DNA of 64,000 nt from Patescibacteria group bacterium (lineage in GTDB: Bacteria > Patescibacteriota > Patescibacteriia > Buchananbacterales > UBA6539), in assembly GCA_041662625.1 (NCBI GenBank), contig JBAZSB010000001.1, positions 681,385-745,384 on the forward strand, read 5' to 3'. Made by a program: the position numbers and the translations under genes. The notes under the pieces are model-generated. The model ran no database searches. It saw only the letters and a list, made by a program, of their open reading frames with translations, and was not told where the DNA came from. Positions 57,885-64,000 of this stretch are shown piece after piece. The stretch's first letter is position 1. Every line of letters starts with the position of its first letter.

Positions 57885-57888
57885 AAAA

Positions 57889-58572
57889 ATGAAAGGATTT
57901 AATCTCAAATATCTCGCTTTGATTATTATAATTCTCTTGCTAGTTTTAATTATATTTTTAGTGACAGCAACAAAAAATAGTAGCCCATCAACAGAAGGAC
58001 AAAATAACTCAATTGCAACCAATAATAATAGTTTACCAGTACCAGCAGAAAATTTGTCGGCAAAAAACCAAAAGACTATTGCCGAACCAATCAGCAATGC
58101 TTTGGCGCGAGTAACCAAAAAACCTTTTGGTATTTATGTTTCACCTACTGACTCGCCGGTTAGCCCAGAGAAGTTTACCGGCTATCATGCCGGTGTTGAT
58201 TTTGAAACTTTCAGCGATGAACAGAATTCGGAAGTGGCAATTTATGTCATTTGTTCTGGCCCTTTAGTTTTAAAAAAATCTGCCACTGGCTATGGTGGCG
58301 TGGCAGTCCAGCAATGTCAGATTAACGGCAAGGACGTAACCGTAATTTATGGCCACCTGCGTTTAAATAGCATTACTGCCATACAGGACCAGCTGTTGAA
58401 TGTGGGTGAACAACTTGGCATCTTAGGTAAAGGTTATAGCCCAGAAACTAGTGATGAAAGAAAACATCTGCATTTAGGCATTCATCAAGGCAAAAATATC
58501 AATTTGCTGGGTTATGTCCAAAATCAAGAAGAACTAAGCCAATGGCTTGACGTAACTAATCTCTTAAAATAA
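57889..58572 (+). CDS. M23-family metallopeptidase (membrane anchored)
   Basis: ORF track starts at 57826, but the likely start is MKGFNLKYL at 57889 (TM anchor). ...GYHAGVDFE... and ...HLHLGIH... M23 HxxxD / HxH motifs. Confidence 0.6.
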   Translation: MKGFNLKYLALIIIILLLVLIIFLVTATKNSSPSTEGQNNSIATNNNSLPVPAENLSAKNQKTIAEPISNALARVTKKPFGIYVSPTDSPVSPEKFTGYHAGVDFETFSDEQNSEVAIYVICSGPLVLKKSATGYGGVAVQQCQINGKDVTVIYGHLRLNSITAIQDQLLNVGEQLGILGKGYSPETSDERKHLHLGIHQGKNINLLGYVQNQEELSQWLDVTNLLK

Positions 58573-58591
58573 CAGGATTGATAAGCTACAA

Positions 58592-58616
58592 AAATCGCCG
58601 AAAAGGCGATTTTTTG
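58592..58616 (+). terminator. ATCGCC-GAAAA-GGCGAT + T6 hairpin terminator (family copy 3)
   Basis: After the M23 peptidase gene. Confidence 0.6.
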
Positions 58617-58796
58617 CTTTGGTGAAATTAGATATTCAAATCTCATTGAAATCAACAGCCCGACCAATATTGGTAATAACAGAGGTATTGACATCTTTAA
58701 TGTAAAGTGATAACCTGCACGCATCTTTTCGTACGAAAGGATCCCTACTAGTGGGAGGGTAGACCCTTAGGAAAGTAGACAAGGAGGTTACGCGTA

Positions 58797-59609
58797 ATGA
58801 AGACGAAAATGTTGGTGGTGTTGGCGGTAGCGGTAGTGGTTATGGCTCATGTCGTCCCAGCGGGGGCGGATAACATTACCATGTGGGACGGCTACGGACC
58901 CCTGGGTCTGGGTCCAGGTGGCGAGTGGGCCGAGGTCGAACCGGACTGTTTCCCCGGCTGGGGTTGGGATTTGATAGGAGTCGCGGCGACTGCTCCTGCT
59001 GAGCCAGGTGACCCCTGGCAGATAACGTTTGCGGGCGGATATAACTTCGCCGCCGGCAACGGTGATATCGAATCCGGAGATATATTCCTTGCATTCAGCG
59101 AGGATGGCCCCCTGGACAACCCCGGTGATAGTGGGAGTTGGGGGTACGATATGGTCCTAGATATGGACTGGTCAGGGGATATGCCGTCAGGATCGCCTAT
59201 TCCGTTCAATATCATCGACATCAGCAGCGATCTTGTTGATCTGTTGCTGGTCGGTGAATCGATCAACCATCCTTGGGCCGACCCCTATAGATGGTCGAGT
59301 GGCGGCACTGTTGTCGGATCCGGCAGCGCATCATTCCAGGTCTATGACAACGCTGCTGAATTGGAGGCTGCTTTTCCCGGCGACTTCGAAGGCGCCAATA
59401 GTCTGATTGGCGACGTAACGCTATACACCTTGTCCTTTGAATTCTCGCCCCAAGAGGACAGCGTTCTTTGGACGCACTTCACGATGGAGTGCGGAAACGA
59501 TATTCTCCTCGGCCGGACCGAGTTTCCGGCCGTGCCAGAACCGAGCACGATTTCGTTGCTCTTCATGGGCTGCCTGGGATTGGTACTGAGGAAGCGCCCA
59601 CGGGTGTGA
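58797..59609 (+). CDS. PEP-CTERM sorting-signal protein, strongly GC-rich (about 58% GC)
   Basis: 270 aa; signal peptide; G/D/P-rich body; C-terminal ...FPAVPEPSTISLLFMGCLGLVLRKRPRV = VPEP + TM + basic tail; TTGACA-N17-TAACCT and AAGGAGG upstream. Confidence 0.7.
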   Translation: MKTKMLVVLAVAVVVMAHVVPAGADNITMWDGYGPLGLGPGGEWAEVEPDCFPGWGWDLIGVAATAPAEPGDPWQITFAGGYNFAAGNGDIESGDIFLAFSEDGPLDNPGDSGSWGYDMVLDMDWSGDMPSGSPIPFNIIDISSDLVDLLLVGESINHPWADPYRWSSGGTVVGSGSASFQVYDNAAELEAAFPGDFEGANSLIGDVTLYTLSFEFSPQEDSVLWTHFTMECGNDILLGRTEFPAVPEPSTISLLFMGCLGLVLRKRPRV

Positions 59610-59751
59610 CCGAAAAAGAAACAAGGAGGGAAAACTAACAGAAAACAATGGGCCGGGGTCTTGGACTTCGGCTCTTTTTTTATTCTCCTTAATTAAAAGG
59701 ATGATTTGACATGACTCAATTTATCAGTCAATAAAACAATATAAATCTAAA

Positions 59752-59786
59752 CAAAAAAGTGCAGAGAAATATCTGCACCTTTTTGT
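59752..59786. terminator. bidirectional hairpin terminator (GTGCAGA-GAAATAT-TCTGCAC flanked by A6 / T5)
   Basis: Between convergent PEP-CTERM gene and the 59800..60264 gene. Confidence 0.55.
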
Positions 59787-59799
59787 TATTCAAAACTTT

Positions 59800-60264
59800 C
59801 TATTGAGCTGGGGGCGGAGTTTGGGCCGGAGCTTGAGTCGGCGAGTTTGGCCGGACTTGAATAGACTGGGCTGTGATACTGCCATCACTGTTGGCCGTGC
59901 CAGTAGCCATCACCGATTCGCCAAGTGTCAAATCAGCTGCGGTGCTAGTAGCCATTTTACCAATTATAGTTGAGCTGGAATAAAAGATAATTTTTGAACC
60001 GCCATCTGGCAATTTCACGGTAATACTTTTATCATCCTGACTGATAATTTCACCCGTTGCCAAACCATTATTACCTGAGCCGCCATTTAGCTGCATCCGC
60101 GCCTGCCGCTGTTCAGAAGTTAAATCTTGAAATCGCCCGCCCGAAGGACCAGCTGACTTACTTTTGCCATAAAGCAGGCCGCCATAAAATGATCCGCCCG
60201 CAACTACTAATAAAGCAACAGCGATACCAATAATTGTATTTGTGTTTTTCATAGTTTTTATCAT
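59800..60264 (-). CDS. secreted hypothetical protein (signal peptide, PT/Q-rich tail)
   Basis: 154 aa; N-terminal TM/signal, ...ITVKLPDGGSKIIFYSSSTIIGK... beta-rich core. Confidence 0.4.
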   Translation of the reverse strand: MIKTMKNTNTIIGIAVALLVVAGGSFYGGLLYGKSKSAGPSGGRFQDLTSEQRQARMQLNGGSGNNGLATGEIISQDDKSITVKLPDGGSKIIFYSSSTIIGKMATSTAADLTLGESVMATGTANSDGSITAQSIQVRPNSPTQAPAQTPPPAQ

Positions 60265-60343
60265 GAATTAAAAATTAGGGAACTAGGAAGTTAGGAGGTT
60301 AGAAGATAAAACCTAATTCCTAATTTCCTAACCTCCTAACTTT

Positions 60344-61570
60344 CTATTCGTATCTTAAAGCTTCAATCGGATTAAGTTTAGCCGCCCGCCGGGCTGGATA
60401 ATAACCAAAGACAATACCAATTGCCGCTGATACGCCAACCGCCAAAAAAACTGACCAGCTGGTAACGGTCGTGGTTGTCCCACCAAATTTAGTTATTAAA
60501 ATAGCGGAAATCCAGCCAAGTAATATACCAACAATGCCGCCAATAAAAGTTAAGGCCACTGATTCAGCTAAAAATTGAATGCTAATATCACGATTTTTCG
60601 CACCCAATGATTTTCTTAAACCGATTTCCCGGGTTCTTTCCGTAACAGTGGTTAACATCATATTCATAATGCCAATACCACCGACTAACAAAGAAATTCC
60701 CGCAATCGCGCCCAAAAGTAAAGTTAGCGTGTCGCTGACCGACGACATCGCGTTTAAAACATCGGCCTGATTAACAATGCTGAAATCGGCGCTCGTGGAA
60801 TCAGAAATACTATGTCTGATTAAAAGCAAGCTGGTTATCTGCTCCTGGGCCGCTGTCATTAAATCTTCTTGAGTTATCTGAACATTAATGTTACTGACGG
60901 ATTTACTGCCGGTTAAATATTGCTGGGCCGTGGAAATCGGAATATAAATTAAATCATCAGCGCTGCCAAAGCCGGTGCCGCCCTTGCTTTTGGTAACACC
61001 AATAATAGTGAACTCTAAAGTGTCAATACGAATTTTTTGCCCAACCGGATTGGTGCCTTCGCCAAACAAATCATCGCGGGTAGTCGGGCCTAAAACAGCA
61101 ACTTTTGATGTTGCCTTAATGTGCTCGCTGGTAATAAAATTCCCCGTTTCAACCTCAATGCTTTTAATTACTTGATAAGAAGTATCAATGCCATAAATAC
61201 TGGTATTGGTATTTGTCCCCTTGGTCGTTTTAACCTGCTTGCGGCTGGAAACTGTCGGCGCAATGACATCAATATTGGCAATTTGCTCTTTAATCGCCTC
61301 GGCATCTTCTAAAGTCAACGTAGTCGCTGATCCCATTCCGCCCTGCACCATTGTCCCCACTCCCTGTTGTGATCCCGGTGAAATAACCAATAAATTAGTG
61401 CCTAAAGACTGAATATTTTTTTGAATACTGACCGCTGTGCCTTGGCCGATAGAAATCATGGCAATTACTGAACCAATGCCAATTACTATTCCTAGGATAG
61501 TTAAAAACGATCGGGATTTATTAGCCGATAAAGCAAAATAGGTTTCTTTAAATAAATCAGATAAAAGCAT
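60344..61570 (-). CDS. ABC transporter permease, FtsX/MacB-like
   Basis: 408 aa; N-terminal TM, large periplasmic domain, C-terminal 3 TM FtsX domain. Confidence 0.8.
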   Translation of the reverse strand: MLLSDLFKETYFALSANKSRSFLTILGIVIGIGSVIAMISIGQGTAVSIQKNIQSLGTNLLVISPGSQQGVGTMVQGGMGSATTLTLEDAEAIKEQIANIDVIAPTVSSRKQVKTTKGTNTNTSIYGIDTSYQVIKSIEVETGNFITSEHIKATSKVAVLGPTTRDDLFGEGTNPVGQKIRIDTLEFTIIGVTKSKGGTGFGSADDLIYIPISTAQQYLTGSKSVSNINVQITQEDLMTAAQEQITSLLLIRHSISDSTSADFSIVNQADVLNAMSSVSDTLTLLLGAIAGISLLVGGIGIMNMMLTTVTERTREIGLRKSLGAKNRDISIQFLAESVALTFIGGIVGILLGWISAILITKFGGTTTTVTSWSVFLAVGVSAAIGIVFGYYPARRAAKLNPIEALRYE

Positions 61571-61571
61571 A

Positions 61572-62276
61572 TTATTTATCCTTTAATAAACCAGCACTTG
61601 GCCGGTCGGCAAAAATCATTCCGTCTTTTATTTCAATCACCCGATCCGCGTGCTCAGCCACATATTTTTCATGGGTAATTAAAATAATCGTATGGCCCTT
61701 TTCGCGGTTTAATTTCTGAAAGGTCTCTAAAACGATATCACCGGTTTTTGAATCTAAATTGCCAGTCGGCTCATCGGCCAAAATTAAATCCGGATCATTA
61801 ACCAATGCCCGGGCAATGGCCACGCGCTGCATTTGTCCGCCGGACAATTGATTTGAGAGGTGATGCCAACGATTTTTTTCCAGTCCAGCGGCAATCAAAG
61901 CCGCTTCAGCTTTTTTTTGCCGTTCAGCCTTGGGAATTTTTTTATCATAAATTAAGGGAACAATTACATTTCTTAAAACCGTGGTTCGGGAAAGCAGATT
62001 AAATGACTGAAAAACAAAACCAATCTTTTGAGAACGAATTTCCGCCAATTCGTCATCTGATAGTTTAAGCATGTCTTTACCGTTAAGAAAATAACTCCCG
62101 CTGGTCGGACGATCCAAGGCGCCTAAAATATGCATTAAAGTTGACTTACCCGAACCCGATGGCCCGACAATCGCCATAAATTCACCTTTTTTGATCTGAA
62201 AAGAAACCTCTTTTAGCACCTTAGTCTCAATATCGCCAGTCTGATAAATTTTTGTTATTTTTTCACACTTAATCAT
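61572..62276 (-). CDS. ABC transporter ATP-binding protein (MacB/LolD-like)
   Basis: 234 aa; Walker [10 protein letters not shown], signature [15 protein letters not shown], Walker [12 protein letters not shown]. Confidence 0.9.
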   Translation of the reverse strand: MIKCEKITKIYQTGDIETKVLKEVSFQIKKGEFMAIVGPSGSGKSTLMHILGALDRPTSGSYFLNGKDMLKLSDDELAEIRSQKIGFVFQSFNLLSRTTVLRNVIVPLIYDKKIPKAERQKKAEAALIAAGLEKNRWHHLSNQLSGGQMQRVAIARALVNDPDLILADEPTGNLDSKTGDIVLETFQKLNREKGHTIILITHEKYVAEHADRVIEIKDGMIFADRPSAGLLKDK

Positions 62277-62278
62277 AT

Positions 62279-64000
62279 TTAACTGGGAGGTTTGCCGCCA
62301 CCGCCGCCATTTAGTTGCATCATACCTCTCATCGCATCATTATTTGACTTATTAGTATTAGCACTGCTACTGCTACTGCCACTTATTGTCTGGGTAATAA
62401 CTTGATCACCTTCAACCAGACCATCAGTAATTTCAATCATCGTATCATTACTTATACCAGTAGTTACTGTTTTTTGCTGCTTTTGGCCATCAACTAAAAC
62501 TTCGACATAGCTGCTCTCCCCTGCTGTTTTAACCGCACTGGCAGAAACAACTAAAACATCTTGTTTAGAATCGGTTATAATATTGGCACTTAGACTCATG
62601 CCTGATTTAATTCTTTCATCTTGGACATCAAAAGCAATTTTAATACCATAGCTGACAACACCGGAAGAAACGGCGCCTAAGGTATCAATTTCAATCACCT
62701 CACCGCTAATTGACAAGTCTTCAACGGCATCAAAAGTTAAGGTAGCTTTTTGTCCGACTTTAACTTTGGCAGCATCAATTTCATTAAGAGTAATTTCCGC
62801 TATTTTTTTGGTGGTAATCAAAGTTGCCACCGCTGTTCCAGAAGAAACCGCCGCGCCTTTTTCCAAACTAAGCTCCGCGATAACGCCATCAAATGGCGCC
62901 CGGATAGAATAATCAGCTAATTTTTGCCGGGCGTCCAAAAGAGAATTTTCTTTTTGTTGAATACTAATCTCCTGCGATTTAATATCTAAAGGATCAGTCC
63001 CAGCTAAAAGATCCTCCAAAGTCTGCTCTTGTTCTTGGATAGTGCGTTCGGCATTAATAATATCTTCCTTGGCGTTATCAATAGCAGTTTTGCTGCTAAA
63101 AAGATCGGAAAGAAGGCTGTTGGTTGTACCGGTATAAGTTTCAAGGTTACTTTGATGAGTTGCTGTTTTTGTCGGAATGGTTACACTTTCCTTAGATAAA
63201 GTATCTTCAAAAATATCAATCAAATTTTTAGTGTCTTTAATAGTTTCAGCGACGTCTTTAGTAGTCTCATAGGTCTGATTAATAAGTTCTTCAATAACTT
63301 CATTACTTGAATAACGACTGGCACTTTTATAATTTCCAAGGTTCTGTTCATAACTATCCCGGGCCACTATATAGCTGGCTTTGGCTTTATCGGCATACAC
63401 GGTACCTTGACTATTGTCATCATACTGATTAGTCCGGGTTTTATAATAATCAATATTCCACTGGCTATCGGAAAAATCATTGCCATAAACAACATCTTCA
63501 AGACCCGCCATTAAATTTGGCAGGTCTAAAAAAGCATTGGCAATATTATTAAATCCATCTTCATAAGCTTTATTTAAATCATCTTCGGCATTAGGTTTAG
63601 CTTCCTTCGCTTGGTCCAAGGCATTTTGGGCTTTAGTAATTTCCAGTTCGTCAGCTGGCTGATTTAATTTTTCCAAGGAAAGTTTGGCACTTTCCAGGTT
63701 GGATTGAGCATCGCGAACGGATTTTAAAGCTTCAGTCGCATCTAACTGAGCAATCAGCTGACCGGTTTTAACTTCTTGGCCTTTCTCTACACTAATTGAT
63801 ATTACCTTACCCGAGGCCTCAGGATTTATGTCGACCTGATTAAGAGCGGAAACTTGGCCGGTGCCGGAAATCGAGACGATAATGTTCCCTTTTTCCACTG
63901 CAGCAGTAACGTAGCTTGTCTCTTGCTGACTGCTGCCCCGAAGTTTTGTAAACCCAAAATAGCCGCCGGCTGCTAGTGCTAGGATAACTATTGTCAGAAT
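62279..64000 (-). CDS. HlyD/MacA-family periplasmic adaptor (membrane fusion protein), 5' end beyond window
   Basis: Track start MEKGN is internal; the reading frame continues upstream to the window edge, encoding a TM helix (ILTIVILALAAGGYFGF...); coiled-coil and beta-barrel regions; ends in G-rich tail. Confidence 0.75.
   Translation of the reverse strand: MLTIVILALAAGGYFGFTKLRGSSQQETSYVTAAVEKGNIIVSISGTGQVSALNQVDINPEASGKVISISVEKGQEVKTGQLIAQLDATEALKSVRDAQSNLESAKLSLEKLNQPADELEITKAQNALDQAKEAKPNAEDDLNKAYEDGFNNIANAFLDLPNLMAGLEDVVYGNDFSDSQWNIDYYKTRTNQYDDNSQGTVYADKAKASYIVARDSYEQNLGNYKSASRYSSNEVIEELINQTYETTKDVAETIKDTKNLIDIFEDTLSKESVTIPTKTATHQSNLETYTGTTNSLLSDLFSSKTAIDNAKEDIINAERTIQEQEQTLEDLLAGTDPLDIKSQEISIQQKENSLLDARQKLADYSIRAPFDGVIAELSLEKGAAVSSGTAVATLITTKKIAEITLNEIDAAKVKVGQKATLTFDAVEDLSISGEVIEIDTLGAVSSGVVSYGIKIAFDVQDERIKSGMSLSANIITDSKQDVLVVSASAVKTAGESSYVEVLVDGQKQQKTVTTGISNDTMIEITDGLVEGDQVITQTISGSSSSSANTNKSNNDAMRGMMQLNGGGGGKPPS

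Noticed and set aside
58876-59648. Minus-strand ORFs antisense to the PEP-CTERM gene (58876.., 58892.., 59342.., 59421..)
   Set aside because: Pro/Arg/Gly-rich antisense artefacts of a 58% GC gene; the plus-strand frame has promoter, SD, signal peptide and sorting signal.
1-64000. CRISPR arrays
   Set aside because: No regularly spaced 25-40 nt direct repeats with unique spacers anywhere; the repeats found are dispersed hairpins or boundary motifs.

Overview
This window looks like AT-rich bacterial chromosome, about 36-38% GC by eye, with most genes on the minus strand. Compact genes and extended ribosomal proteins suggest a reduced-genome organism, possibly Patescibacteria/CPR-like; that lineage guess is inference only. 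The housekeeping backbone reads from the left as lgt (partial), ppsA, pyk, a TrmB-like regulator, groES-groEL and an O-antigen-ligase-like protein. It continues with RmuC, a LysM/M23 peptidase, a Cache-PAS sensor kinase with two single-domain response regulators, an NAD(P)HX dehydratase, a YifB/ComM-like ATPase, LspA and a DksA/TraR-type protein. The right half holds rpsO-pnp, a NYN protein, a XerC/D-like recombinase, two tRNA-Arg and one tRNA-His, an MFS transporter, a HI0933-type flavoprotein, a DEAD-box helicase, TerC, an M23 peptidase and a MacA/MacB-like efflux set. Accessory content stands out against this backbone. (1) A csoR-operated copper and thiol-redox operon at 20.5-27.1 kb, with an unusual HMA / DsbD_2-like / cupredoxin-like fusion, CopA and three Scs-like thioredoxin-fold proteins. 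(2) A roughly 9 kb integrative island between tRNA-His (40251-40323) and a tRNA-His 3'-fragment carrying an insert (49190-49273). It carries a large serine recombinase whose last codons are encoded by the tRNA 3' end. Its cargo combines a PD-(D/E)xK-like protein, a YHYH protein, a protein with a canonical HEPN RNxxxH motif, a proteasome-beta-like Ntn fold protein and an ImmA/IrrE HExxH peptidase. This is my best candidate for an undescribed defence or abortive-infection module. (3) A 46-47 nt GC-rich hairpin element sits precisely in the T-loops of degenerate tRNA copies at both island borders. (4) Several GC-rich foreign cassettes (50-58% GC) are bounded by short direct repeats: a sulfotransferase-like gene, an alpha/beta-hydrolase, a PEP-CTERM protein, two small ORFs with perfect SD sites, and non-coding-looking blocks at 1.1-1.5 kb and 37.5-38.5 kb. 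(5) Repeated regulatory hairpins include a CCCTCTCCCC/GGGGAGAGGG palindrome in three copies, an ATCGCC..GGCGAT terminator in three copies, a candidate CsoR operator, a terminator-bearing leader upstream of terC, and a candidate structured ncRNA at 32.0-32.3 kb. No CRISPR array, rRNA, or recognisable tmRNA, RNase P or SRP RNA was found.
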